Source of the DNA: Pseudomonadota bacterium
GTDB lineage: Bacteria > Pseudomonadota > Gammaproteobacteria > Steroidobacterales > Rariloculaceae
Length of the DNA stretch: 64,000 nt
Assembly: GCA_036337035.1 (NCBI GenBank)
Contig: JAYZFC010000008.1
Coordinates: forward strand, 3,213-67,212
Direction: 5' to 3'
Part shown: positions 19,349 to 28,698 of the stretch, piece after piece
How the letters are laid out: each line of letters opens with the position of its first letter
How positions within the stretch are numbered: position 1 is the first letter of the stretch
The notes under the pieces: generated by a model
Told to the model about the DNA's origin: nothing
Seen by the model: the letters and a program-made list of their open reading frames with translations, nothing else
Databases searched by the model: none
Made by a program: the position numbers and the translations under genes

Positions 19349-20131
19349 CTAAGAGCTTTCTTCAGCTATCAATTGTTTAATTTTAGATATTTTTTCGCCT
19401 GGGTTGAGGTCTTTAGGACATGATTTGGTACAATTTAATATAGTGTGACAACGATATAACTTAAACGAATCATTCAGATCTTTTAGTCGCTCTTTCTTCT
19501 TGTCATCCCTAGTATCTACAATCCATCGATATGCTTGTAATAGCGCTGCGGGACCAAGATACTTATCTGAATTCCACCAATAACTTGGACATGAAGTTGA
19601 GCAACATGCGCATAAAATACATGCAGATGGCTCATCAATCTTTTCTTGGTCTTCTTTACTTTGTATTCTTTCTTGATCATCAGGTAAATGATCCTCAGAC
19701 TGGAGCCAAGGCTTTACTGAAGCGTATTGCTTATAAAATTCAGTTAAATCAGTAACAAGATCTTTTACAACAGGCATATGAGGAAGAGGATAAATATTAA
19801 TAGCACCTGAAACATCTTCTACCGACTTTAGACATGCTAAGGTATTTGTTCCATCAATATTCATCGAACATGATCCACATATACCTTCTCTACAAGATCT
19901 TCTGAATGTAAGTGTAGGATCTATTTCATTTTTTATCTTAATAAGGGCATCTAACACCATTGGTCCACAAGAATCCATATCAACTTCATAGCTATCCATA
20001 TGCGGATTATTTTTCTCGGTAGGGTCATATCTATATATTTTAAACTCTTTTTTATTTATAGATTTTCCCTTAAAAGGAAAATTAGCCCCTTTCTTTATTT
20101 TAGAATTTTTTGGTAATGTAAATTTTGCCAT
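19349..20131 (-). CDS. sdhB: succinate dehydrogenase iron-sulfur subunit
   Basis: 260 aa. Cys clusters [27 protein letters not shown] and [12 protein letters not shown]. Confidence 0.95.
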   Translation of the reverse strand: MAKFTLPKNSKIKKGANFPFKGKSINKKEFKIYRYDPTEKNNPHMDSYEVDMDSCGPMVLDALIKIKNEIDPTLTFRRSCREGICGSCSMNIDGTNTLACLKSVEDVSGAINIYPLPHMPVVKDLVTDLTEFYKQYASVKPWLQSEDHLPDDQERIQSKEDQEKIDEPSACILCACCSTSCPSYWWNSDKYLGPAALLQAYRWIVDTRDDKKKERLKDLNDSFKLYRCHTILNCTKSCPKDLNPGEKISKIKQLIAEESS

Positions 20132-20150
20132 TCCTAATCCTTAATAAACA

Positions 20151-21938
20151 CTAATAAGTTCTTGCCTTGGGAGGGATTGCTTCAACTTCATCAGTCATTG
20201 TGTCTAGTTTCACATTTCTATAAGAAAAGCTAACATCTCCCTTTTCACTAACCCAACACAATGTATGCTTCATCCAGTTATCATCATCTCGATTAGGGTA
20301 GTCTTCCCTAGCCTGAGCGCCTCGACTTTCAGTCCTATTAATGGCAGATTTGATAGTACCCATAGACTGAAGTAAAAGGTTTTCGAGCTCCATTGTTTCA
20401 ATTAAATCTGTATTCCAAACTAAAGATCTATCTTTTGTTTCTACATCCTGAAAAGATGCAAAAATCGGCTCTAGCTTATCAATACCTTCCTGCAATGACT
20501 CTCCAGTTCTAAACACAGCAGCATATGTCTGCATTACTTTCTGCATTTCTAACCTAATTGAAGATGTTGATCTTTTACCTTTTGAATATCGCAATTTATC
20601 GAGCCTATCAATTGAATCTTGGCCGGCATCTTTAGAAAACGAGTCATTATTATTATCTCTTTTTAATATATCGGCACATCTATTTGCTGCGGCCCGACCA
20701 AAAACAACTAAATCTATAAGTGAATTAGAACCAAGCCTATTAGCACCATGTACAGAGACACACCCAGCCTCCCCAACAGCCATTAAGCCTGGAAAAACAG
20801 ATTCTTTGCCCTTCGAATCCATAGTGACAACTTCGCCATGATAGTTTGTAGGTATCCCCCCCATATTATAATGAACAGTAGGTAATACTGGAATAGGGTC
20901 CTTGGTTACATCAATACCAGCAAAAATCTTAGCCGTCTCAGCAATGCCAGGTAAACGCTCTTCTATAACATCGCTCCCCAAATGTTCAAGATGCAAAAAA
21001 ATATGATCTTTTTCTAGGCCAACTCCTCTTCCTTCTCTAATCTCAATAGCCATAGAACGGCTTACCACATCCCTAGAGGCAAGATCTTTAGCGTTTGGTG
21101 CGTATCTCTCCATAAACCTCTCACCTTCAGAATTAGTCAAATAACCACCTTCACCTCTAGATCCTTCCGTAATAAGACAACCAGGACCATAAATACCTGT
21201 TGGATGAAATTGAACAAATTCTAGGTCTTGTAGAGGTAATCCGGCCCTTAAGACCATTGCATTACCATCTCCGGTACAAATATGTGCTGAAGTGCAAGAA
21301 AAGTATGATCTTCCGTAACCACCAGTTGCAAGAATTACCATCTGACTTCTAAATCGATGTATCTTGCCTGTAGAAAGCTCAATAGCAACAATACCTTTGC
21401 ATTTAGAATTCTCTATAATCAAGTCAATAGCAAAAAATTCTATAAAAAACTCTGCTTTGTGCTTTAGCGATTGTTGATACAAAGTATGGAGCATCGCATG
21501 ACCAGTTCTATCTGCTGCCGCACAAGTTCGTTGGGCAATACCTTCACCAAAATGTGTTGTCATCCCACCAAATGGTCTTTGGTAGATCTTCCCCTCTTCT
21601 GTTCTAGAAAAAGGGACGCCGTAGTGCTCTAGCTCTATAACAGAAGCTGGAGCTTGCTTGCACATATACTCTATAGCATCTTGGTCGCCTAACCAATCAG
21701 ATCCCTTAACAGTGTCATACATATGCCATCTCCAATCATCAGGGCCCATATTGCCTAAAGCGGCACTTATGCCACCTTGTGCCGCAACAGTATGGCTTCT
21801 AGTAGGGAAGACTTTAGTAATGCATGCAGTTTTTAAACCAAGTTCGGCTAAACCAAATGTTGCTCTTAAGCCTGAACCACCAGCACCTACGACAACAACA
21901 TCATAATCATGATCTATAAATTCGTAATCTTTATTCAT
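20151..21938 (-). CDS. sdhA: succinate dehydrogenase flavoprotein subunit
   Basis: 595 aa. FAD-binding [13 protein letters not shown], the flavinylation-site context [10 protein letters not shown], and HGANRLG. Confidence 0.96.
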   Translation of the reverse strand: MNKDYEFIDHDYDVVVVGAGGSGLRATFGLAELGLKTACITKVFPTRSHTVAAQGGISAALGNMGPDDWRWHMYDTVKGSDWLGDQDAIEYMCKQAPASVIELEHYGVPFSRTEEGKIYQRPFGGMTTHFGEGIAQRTCAAADRTGHAMLHTLYQQSLKHKAEFFIEFFAIDLIIENSKCKGIVAIELSTGKIHRFRSQMVILATGGYGRSYFSCTSAHICTGDGNAMVLRAGLPLQDLEFVQFHPTGIYGPGCLITEGSRGEGGYLTNSEGERFMERYAPNAKDLASRDVVSRSMAIEIREGRGVGLEKDHIFLHLEHLGSDVIEERLPGIAETAKIFAGIDVTKDPIPVLPTVHYNMGGIPTNYHGEVVTMDSKGKESVFPGLMAVGEAGCVSVHGANRLGSNSLIDLVVFGRAAANRCADILKRDNNNDSFSKDAGQDSIDRLDKLRYSKGKRSTSSIRLEMQKVMQTYAAVFRTGESLQEGIDKLEPIFASFQDVETKDRSLVWNTDLIETMELENLLLQSMGTIKSAINRTESRGAQAREDYPNRDDDNWMKHTLCWVSEKGDVSFSYRNVKLDTMTDEVEAIPPKARTY

Positions 21939-22312
21939 TAATTAGGTCCAAAAAAAATAAAGCATAAAGAAAAAAAACCAACAATAACAGCTGAACAATG
22001 AACTAATAATGATAGTCGTAGCATAAGGGGCTGAATAACTTCATTGCTAATATAATCTTCAATAATTATCTCAATACCTAGCTTTGAGTGAAAGCAAGCA
22101 AGAGCTACAAAAAAAATAAAATATAGAAATATTATTGGTCTTTTAAGTAGGCTCTCAACTAACTCATAAGAGAAGTCACCTAAATTTACAATGATAATTA
22201 TAGAAAAAGGAAATACAAGAAAAAATAAAAAGATTGCTGATAATCTCTGCAGCTTCCAATGTCTTAATGCATTATCATTAAGTGAAATTTTAAATAAAGA
22301 TAACAGGTTCAA
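21938..22312 (-). CDS. sdhD: succinate dehydrogenase membrane anchor subunit
   Basis: 124 aa with three predicted TM helices. [11 protein letters not shown] motif. Shares 1 nt with the sdhA start. Confidence 0.8.
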   Translation of the reverse strand: MNLLSLFKISLNDNALRHWKLQRLSAIFLFFLVFPFSIIIIVNLGDFSYELVESLLKRPIIFLYFIFFVALACFHSKLGIEIIIEDYISNEVIQPLMLRLSLLVHCSAVIVGFFSLCFIFFGPN

Positions 22313-22328
22313 AATTAATCCCTAAATC

Positions 22329-22706
22329 CTATAAAAACAAAAAAATAAGTGAAGAGGTGCTAATAATTGATAAAAGCATTACAACTATTCCAGAATAAAA
22401 AATCTCTTTATGACTAAAACCAATGCCTATATCCCAAAAAATATGTCTAATTCCATTAAATAAATGATAAGAAAAACAAAAAAACCAAAAACCATATAGT
22501 AGCTTAGCAATCGTGGACTTAAGTATGGATAAAGAGAAATTATAAAAAACCTCACCAAGAGATACTGAAGCAATCCAATAAATAATAATAAAGAGACCAA
22601 ACGATAGATATATACCAGTTAGCCGGTGTAGTATAGATAAACCACTTGTTATCTGTGGTTTATATATCTGCAAATGAGGTGATAAGGGTCTATCTGAGCT
22701 CTTCAT
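22329..22706 (-). CDS. sdhC: succinate dehydrogenase cytochrome b556 subunit
   Basis: The ORF track extends to 22781. The conserved N-terminus RPLSPHLQIYKPQITSGLSILHRLTG begins just after Met26, so I call the start at the ATG at 22706. That is 4 nt after the stop of the upstream DUF1674-like ORF. Confidence 0.85.
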   Translation of the reverse strand: MKSSDRPLSPHLQIYKPQITSGLSILHRLTGIYLSFGLFIIIYWIASVSLGEVFYNFSLSILKSTIAKLLYGFWFFCFSYHLFNGIRHIFWDIGIGFSHKEIFYSGIVVMLLSIISTSSLIFLFL

Positions 22707-22710
22707 GATC

Positions 22711-22905
22711 CTAAAAATCAATACATCGTCCAGCTCTTTCCCAATCTCCATATCTAGTAGGTTCTGGCCCCTTAGGGCCACCTCTTTCTTTAGAGCGAGA
22801 AATAACTTGGTCTAAACTAATATTATCTGAAGAACTATGATTCATATCAGATTTTTTTTTAGATTCTAATTTAGCTTTAGATTTATTTTTCCCTAGATTT
22901 GACAT
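22711..22905 (-). CDS. DUF1674 / SDHAF4-like small protein
   Basis: 64 aa. The N-terminal half is Lys/Ser-rich and low-complexity. The C-terminus GPEPTRYGDWERAGRCIDF matches the DUF1674 (SDHAF4 family) signature as I recall it. First gene of the sdh transcription unit. Confidence 0.7.
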   Translation of the reverse strand: MSNLGKNKSKAKLESKKKSDMNHSSSDNISLDQVISRSKERGGPKGPEPTRYGDWERAGRCIDF

Positions 22906-22933
22906 ATATTGATACCTGTAATTTGTTATATAT

Positions 22934-22974
22934 TATACATTTTAATTGATCTATAAGCATATTTAAAATGTATA
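22934..22974. promoter_or_regulatory. perfect 12-bp inverted repeat (TATACATTTTAA-N17-TTAAAATGTATA) in the divergent sdh/ygfZ intergenic region
   Basis: Read directly: the left arm is 22934..22945 and the right arm 22963..22974, with a 17-nt spacer. The left arm overlaps a minus-strand TATAAT hexamer (22932..22937) about 27 nt upstream of the DUF1674 ATG. The function, operator or RNA hairpin, is inferred only. Confidence 0.3.
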
Positions 22975-22999
22975 TATTGAATAAAATATGAGTTATTAA

Positions 23000-23923
23000 A
23001 TGGTTCATAAAATGTGTAAAACTCCTCATAGAACAAACATTGAAGAAAGATTTGTTTTTATTGAAGTTTCCGGTAGGGATGCAAAAGATTTCCTTAATAA
23101 CCTACTAAGTACTTCGGTAGATAATCTAGACGAAAAGCATTTTTATCTATCTGCATGGCATAATAGACTAGGAAAGGTAAAGTCCATATTCAATATAATA
23201 TATGAAAATGGTTTATTTCTCCTGATGTTTGATAAAAGTGTTGAAAATTTAATTATTAATGAAATTCAGAAATTCACTATAAACCTAGAAGTAAAAGTTT
23301 CAGTTAAAAAAAATTATGTAGCAATATCAGCTTTTAACTATATCAATCTTATTAAAGAAATAAATCAAGATTTTATTAGCAATAATAAAAAAATAATAGA
23401 AATAAACAAATGTAAGTTATTGATAATTGACGGTGATTTTTCCTATATTATAGGAGATATTAATGATGTAAAAGGTCTGATAAAAAGTGACATGAAATCA
23501 TTTAAAGTTTCTAATTATAATGAATCAATTAAAAAAGAAATGAGTCTCGGAATTTTATATATTTGTAATGAGATATTTGAGAAATTTACGCCTCATATGC
23601 TAAACCTAGATAAACTTGGAATAATAAATAACAAGCAAGGTTGCTATCATGGACAAGAAATAATAACAAGAATAAATAGATTAGGTAATACTAAGAGAAA
23701 GTTAAAATATTATTCTGGAGAATATCAATCTAAAATAGCATCAATGTCAAATATAGTAAATAGAGATAATAAAAAAGTTGGCAGTGTTGTTAGAGCTACA
23801 AGGATTGATAATATCTCATATATTCTTGGCATAATTGACATTAATACAGAAAATAAAATAATACATATTAGCAATTCTAATTCTTTACCGTTAAAAGAAA
23901 ACATAATTAAGAGATTCGCATAA
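23000..23923 (+). CDS. ygfZ: folate-binding Fe-S cluster maintenance protein YgfZ
   Basis: 307 aa. The C-terminal motif KQGCYHGQEIITRINRLG matches the YgfZ signature K-G-C-Y-x-G-Q-E. Has a GcvT-like fold length. Divergent from the sdh/sdhE unit; in E. coli ygfZ is divergent from sdhE. Confidence 0.8.
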   Translation: MVHKMCKTPHRTNIEERFVFIEVSGRDAKDFLNNLLSTSVDNLDEKHFYLSAWHNRLGKVKSIFNIIYENGLFLLMFDKSVENLIINEIQKFTINLEVKVSVKKNYVAISAFNYINLIKEINQDFISNNKKIIEINKCKLLIIDGDFSYIIGDINDVKGLIKSDMKSFKVSNYNESIKKEMSLGILYICNEIFEKFTPHMLNLDKLGIINNKQGCYHGQEIITRINRLGNTKRKLKYYSGEYQSKIASMSNIVNRDNKKVGSVVRATRIDNISYILGIIDINTENKIIHISNSNSLPLKENIIKRFA

Positions 23924-23924
23924 A

Positions 23925-25421
23925 TTATTTTTTTCTCTTTATATGTGGAAAAAGTATTACATCTCTTATTGATGGTGAATCTGTAATTAGCATAACTAGC
24001 CTATCTATACCAACTCCAAGACCTGCTGCTGGTGGCATTCCATATTCTAACGCTTTGATATAATCATCATCATAGAACATCGCTTCCTCATCTCCTGCTG
24101 ACTTAGATTCTAACTGTTTCTTAAATCGCTCTGCTTGGTCTTCAGGGTCATTTAGCTCAGAAAATCCGTTAGCTATTTCCTTACCATCAATAAATAGCTC
24201 AAACCGATCAGTTATAAATGGATCATCATTGTTCATCCTAGCTAAAGGAGAGACTTCTTTTGGATAACTTGTTATAAAAATAGGTCCAGTAAGATTTTTT
24301 TCCACTGTTTTCTCAAATAGCTCTACTTGTATTTTACCAGCACCACAATTGGGAGCAATATCAATCTTATTTTTTCTACATACTTTAGATAAAGTATCAA
24401 TATCTCTAATACAGCTAACATCTATATCCTGATTATATTTTAGGATAGCAGACTCTAATGTCATCACCTCAAAATCTTCACCAAAATTAATAACATTACC
24501 TTGGTAGTCAATTTTTTCTTTCCCTAATATAGTTTTGATAGACTGCTTTATAATATCCTGAGTCAACACTATCAAATCCTTATAATCGGAATATGATTGA
24601 TATAGTTCAAGCATAGTAAATTCAGGATTATGCTGTGTTGAAATACCTTCATTTCTAAAACTTCTATTAATTTCAAATACTTTCTCCATACCACCTACTA
24701 ACAATCTTTTTAAATATAATTCAGGTGCTATCCGAAGATATAAATCCATATCTAAAGCATTATGATGAGTGATAAAAGGTTTTGCTAAAGCACCTCCTGG
24801 CACAGGATGCATCATAGGTGTCTCAACTTCTAGAAAATTTAACGAAGAAAGGTATGATCGTATGAAGGTAATTAGCTCACTTCTTATTTTAAAAATATTT
24901 CTAGTCTTCTTGCTAACAATCAGGTCTAAGTATCGTTGTCTAACTTTTATTTCCTGATCTGATATACCATGCCATTTTTCAGGAAGAGGTCTAAGTGATT
25001 TAACTAGCAAATAAACTTCCTCAACCTTTAATGAAAGCTCATTTGTATTAGTTTTGAAGATCTTTCCTTTGGCTCCTACAATATCACCTAAATCCCAACT
25101 CCTTAATTGATTATAAGCTTGTTCTGAAATATGGTTTTTCTGTATAAATAGCTGAATTGATCCTGAACTATCTTGTATTTTCAAGAAGCTTGCTTTTCCC
25201 ATAACTCTTTTAGCCATAACCCTACCTGCAATGGAAATATTAGAATCTTCTTTTTCAAGAGACTCCTTACTTTTTTTCCCGTAAGTAAGATGTAATTGTT
25301 CAGCTAATGCAGTACGTCTAAAAGTATTAACATATACCTCTTCTTGACTTCTTAACCTACTAAGTTTCTCTCTTCTCTCAGCAATTAACTTATTTTCCTC
25401 ATTTTTATTTTCTTCATTCAT
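23925..25421 (-). CDS. lysS: lysine--tRNA ligase (class II)
   Basis: 498 aa with an OB-fold anticodon-binding N-domain. Class II motifs FLEVETPMM, FRNEG and GLGVGIDRLVM. Directly follows prfB as in E. coli. Confidence 0.95.
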   Translation of the reverse strand: MNEENKNEENKLIAERREKLSRLRSQEEVYVNTFRRTALAEQLHLTYGKKSKESLEKEDSNISIAGRVMAKRVMGKASFLKIQDSSGSIQLFIQKNHISEQAYNQLRSWDLGDIVGAKGKIFKTNTNELSLKVEEVYLLVKSLRPLPEKWHGISDQEIKVRQRYLDLIVSKKTRNIFKIRSELITFIRSYLSSLNFLEVETPMMHPVPGGALAKPFITHHNALDMDLYLRIAPELYLKRLLVGGMEKVFEINRSFRNEGISTQHNPEFTMLELYQSYSDYKDLIVLTQDIIKQSIKTILGKEKIDYQGNVINFGEDFEVMTLESAILKYNQDIDVSCIRDIDTLSKVCRKNKIDIAPNCGAGKIQVELFEKTVEKNLTGPIFITSYPKEVSPLARMNNDDPFITDRFELFIDGKEIANGFSELNDPEDQAERFKKQLESKSAGDEEAMFYDDDYIKALEYGMPPAAGLGVGIDRLVMLITDSPSIRDVILFPHIKRKK

Positions 25422-26520
25422 TTAGGATATTCCCTTTTTAAGACTATACTCTAAAAAAGATTCTATATTACCATCTAAAATAGATTCTGGATTAGAGCTC
25501 TCTAAGCCTGTTCTTAAATCTTTAACTCTCGACTGGTCCAGAACATAAGATCTAATTTGGTTTCCCCAGCCTATATCAGATTTATTTTCTTCAAGAAAAT
25601 CTTTTTCAGCATCTCGCTTGCTCTTTTCTAGCTCATATAGCTTTGCCTTGAGCTGATTCATTGCTGTTGCCTTATTTTTGTGTTGTGACCTTCCATTCTG
25701 ACACTGAACAACAATATTAGATGGCAAATGAGTAATCCTAACTGCAGATTCAGTTTTATTAACATGTTGTCCTCCTGCTCCGCTAGCTCTATAAACATCA
25801 ATTCTAATATCTGAGGGATTGATAATTATATCTAGATTATCATCAACTTCAGGAGAAACAAAAACAGCGGCAAATGATGTATGTCGCCTATTACTCGAAT
25901 CAAAAGGTGATTTTCTCACTAATCTATGAACACCAGTTTCCGTTTTGATCCATCCATAGGCATAACTCCCAGAAATTAAGATCGTTGCGCTTTTTATACC
26001 TGCAACTTCTCCTGGTGATTTCTCTAGTATCTCAGATTTGAAATTATTAGATTCAGCCCATCTTAAATACATTCTAAGTAACATCTCAGCCCAATCTTGC
26101 GCTTCAGTACCGCCTGAGCCTGCTTGAATATCTAAATAGGCATTAAAGCTATCCATTTCACCAGAAAACATTCTTTGAAACTCTAATTTCTCTAAAAGGT
26201 GTCTTATATTCTCCAGGTCTAAAAAAATATCTCCAAGAGTTTCGCTATCTCTTTCATCCTTAGCTATCATGAATAGCTCCTTATTATCATCAATGGCCAA
26301 GGAGGCAGTTTCTATATCATGAACAATAGATTCTAATGAAGATTTTTCTTTACTCAGAAGGCCAATTTTTTTTTGATCTTTCCAGATTTCAGGATTCTCT
26401 AATTCACTTTTAAGAACTTGGAGTCTATCCTTCTTTTTATCATAGTCAAAGATACCCCCTCAAAGAACCACATCGCTCTACCAAATCAGATATTAAAACA
26501 CCAACAGAAGTGAAATCCAT
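25422..26520 (-). CDS. prfB: peptide chain release factor 2, requiring a programmed +1 ribosomal frameshift
   Basis: The ORF track shows only 25422..26300. Frame 0 from the ATG at 26520 encodes [24 protein letters not shown] and then TGA. The +1 frame continues [29 protein letters not shown]... into the tracked ORF, which carries the SPF and GGQ motifs ([16 protein letters not shown]). The recoding site is identical to the E. coli one. Confidence 0.93.
26445..26460 (-). promoter_or_regulatory. prfB +1 frameshift (recoding) site: AGGGGG TAT CTT TGA C
   Basis: The minus-strand sequence reads AGG GGG TAT CTT TGA C. It has an internal Shine-Dalgarno-like AGGGGG, a slippery CUU at 26451..26449, an in-frame UGA at 26448..26446, and a following C as weak-stop context. 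Confidence 0.9.
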
Positions 26521-26581
26521 AAATACTAGCCTTGTTAACTTAAAAAAATAAATATGCCATACAATATTTAATTGTTCCAGC

Positions 26582-28270
26582 TTATTCTTCTATATGAATA
26601 ATAATAAGTTGGAGCCTGGGTAAATCAAAATAATTATTTATTTTTAATTTATAGATAATTCTTATTTTAGTTCCAATCTGCCATGATCCTGGCAATTTAT
26701 TAAAAGCTATGGCATCAATTTTTGAACTAGAGCCTAATGGATTTAATACCATCTTTAGATGGGTATTACCAACAATACTCTGACTAACAAGTATAAAAAA
26801 ATTATCAAAAAGTGGCTCTGGAAAGTTTTGGCCCCAAGGCCCTCCATCTAGAATTAATTTAGCAGAATTTAATGTAAACTTAGATTTATCTAGCTGTCCA
26901 TCAGTTATTAATTTGTGTGAGAGAATCTCTTCATCTAAATATTTATCACAAATTTTCTTTATCTCCTTATTAAAAGACTCTAGATTTGATTGCTTGATAG
27001 TTAGGCCTGCTGCCATAGCGTGTCCTCCAAACTTACTAATTAATTCTGGATTACCTGTATCTATCTCAGCTAGTGCATCTCTTAGATGAAATCCTGGAAT
27101 AGATCGGCCTGAACCTTTAATCATATCATTCTCTGCTGATGCAAAAATAAATACTGGTCTATAGTATTTCTCTTTTAACTTTGATGCGACTATTCCTACA
27201 ACTCCTTCATGCCAATCATCTCTATATAAAGATATAATATTTGGTAAGCTACTAGCCTTTAAAATATCAATTGAATTAACCATATTATCTGCCTCAATAC
27301 TCATTTTTCCTTGAACCAACTTCCTTCGCTTATTAATTTTCTCTAACCGATTAGCTAGATCGTTTGCTTTACTGTACGATGAACTTGTTAGACATTTAAT
27401 ACCAATAGCCATATCCTCCATACGCCCTGCAGCATTAATTTTAGGAGCTATCCTGTAAGATAAGTCAGCTTCATTAATTTCCTCTAATTTTATATTAGAT
27501 ATATTAGCGAGAGCCTTAATCCCATCTAAACATTTTGAAGACCGCATGAGATCTAAACCATATTTTATAAAAATTCTATTTGTTAAATCTAATTTTACTA
27601 AATCCGCTACTGTTCCTAATGCAACTAGATCTAAATATTTTAATACTGTTCTATGGCTATTATAAAACTTACCTAAAGCTGCCATAAGATAAAAAGCAAC
27701 TCCAACTCCCGCAAGATTTTTTCCTTTGAATGAGCACTGATTTAAGTTAGGATTTACTAATGTAGCATCAGGTAAATCTTCTCCAGGAATGTGATGATCT
27801 GTTATAAGAACATCTATATTTTTCTCCTTAGCTAGCTTACAACCTTCAATACTTGTAATTCCGTTATCTACTGTAATTATCATATCTGGAGATAGTGGAT
27901 CCAAAGAATGAATAAGCTCCTCTGATAATCCATAACCAAGCTTAAATCTATCAGGTATAAAATAATCTATATCCTTGAATCCAAAATCTTTTAAACATAA
28001 AAGAACTAATGATGTGCTAGTAGCTCCATCAACATCAAAATCACCTACAACTAAGATTTTATTTTTTTTATGTTTTACTAATAAATCTACTGCTTGATCT
28101 AGCTCTTTAAAATGACTAATGGGAAGGATATTTGATAGCACATAATTAATATCATCAGGTGAGTTCACTTCCCTTGAGGAATATATTTTTCTCAATAAAG
28201 GAGGGATGCTGCTTGGCCATTGCCAAGATGATGATTCTTCTTTAATAGTCCTATTTTCTATTATAGTCAT
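26582..28270 (-). CDS. recJ: single-stranded-DNA-specific exonuclease RecJ
   Basis: 562 aa. DHH-family motifs VVGDFDVDGATS, TVDNG and ITDHH, plus the DHHA1 GGHAMAAG motif. Confidence 0.93.
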   Translation of the reverse strand: MTIIENRTIKEESSSWQWPSSIPPLLRKIYSSREVNSPDDINYVLSNILPISHFKELDQAVDLLVKHKKNKILVVGDFDVDGATSTSLVLLCLKDFGFKDIDYFIPDRFKLGYGLSEELIHSLDPLSPDMIITVDNGITSIEGCKLAKEKNIDVLITDHHIPGEDLPDATLVNPNLNQCSFKGKNLAGVGVAFYLMAALGKFYNSHRTVLKYLDLVALGTVADLVKLDLTNRIFIKYGLDLMRSSKCLDGIKALANISNIKLEEINEADLSYRIAPKINAAGRMEDMAIGIKCLTSSSYSKANDLANRLEKINKRRKLVQGKMSIEADNMVNSIDILKASSLPNIISLYRDDWHEGVVGIVASKLKEKYYRPVFIFASAENDMIKGSGRSIPGFHLRDALAEIDTGNPELISKFGGHAMAAGLTIKQSNLESFNKEIKKICDKYLDEEILSHKLITDGQLDKSKFTLNSAKLILDGGPWGQNFPEPLFDNFFILVSQSIVGNTHLKMVLNPLGSSSKIDAIAFNKLPGSWQIGTKIRIIYKLKINNYFDLPRLQLIIIHIEE

Positions 28271-28331
28271 CTATGTTACTTTAAAAAAAACTATATTATA
28301 TAGATAAATTATAATAACCTTGTAACAAATT

Positions 28332-28697
28332 ATGGAACTTGTCAAAGAAAAAACTGATGTCAACATTATCAATGCTTGGGAAAATAGAAGAATTCTTGTA
28401 AATGAAAAATGGTACACTAGTAATTTTATCATTTCTAAAGAAAAAATTATTCCTAATTGGTCTTGTGCGACAATAGAAGAAATTTGTATAGAGAACCTCT
28501 CATTAATGGCTGACCAAAATCCAGAAATTATATTAATAGGTACTGGAAAAGATCAGATATTGATAAATCCAGAAATAGCTCGATTCTTTAATCAGAAAAA
28601 AATTGGTATTGAAATAATGAATACTCCTTCGGCCTGTAGGACATATAACTTACTAGCACATGAGTTAAGAAAAGTGGTAGCTGGAATAATAATTTAA
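28332..28697 (+). CDS. Mth938-domain (DUF498, NDUFAF3-like) protein
   Basis: 121 aa. The pattern ILIGTGKDQ ... IGIEIMNTPSACRTYNLLAHELRKVVAGII matches the DUF498/Mth938 family as I recall it (MxTxAACRTYNxLxxEGRxV). Confidence 0.65.
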   Translation: MELVKEKTDVNIINAWENRRILVNEKWYTSNFIISKEKIIPNWSCATIEEICIENLSLMADQNPEIILIGTGKDQILINPEIARFFNQKKIGIEIMNTPSACRTYNLLAHELRKVVAGIII

Positions 28698-28698
28698 T

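Noticed and set aside
16710-21906. Plus-strand ORFs 16710..16916, 17934..18116, 19051..19233, 19531..19755 and 21658..21906.
   Set aside because: They are antisense to lepB, lepA, the grx-like gene/sdhE, sdhB and sdhA. They have no conserved motifs and are fully embedded in strongly supported genes.
22707-22781. Track-called N-terminal extensions of sdhC (22707..22781), rpsB (54178..54249), map (54344..54397), lolC (5923..5979) and ftsB (32249..32302).
   Set aside because: Alignment by eye to the conserved N-termini of the E. coli homologues places the real starts at internal Met codons. The extensions overlap upstream genes or leader and promoter sequence.
26301-26520. Apparent 220-bp non-coding gap, or a truncated (pseudogene-like) prfB lacking its N-terminus.
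   Set aside because: It is explained by the canonical programmed +1 frameshift. The N-terminal 24 codons and the recoding site are intact.
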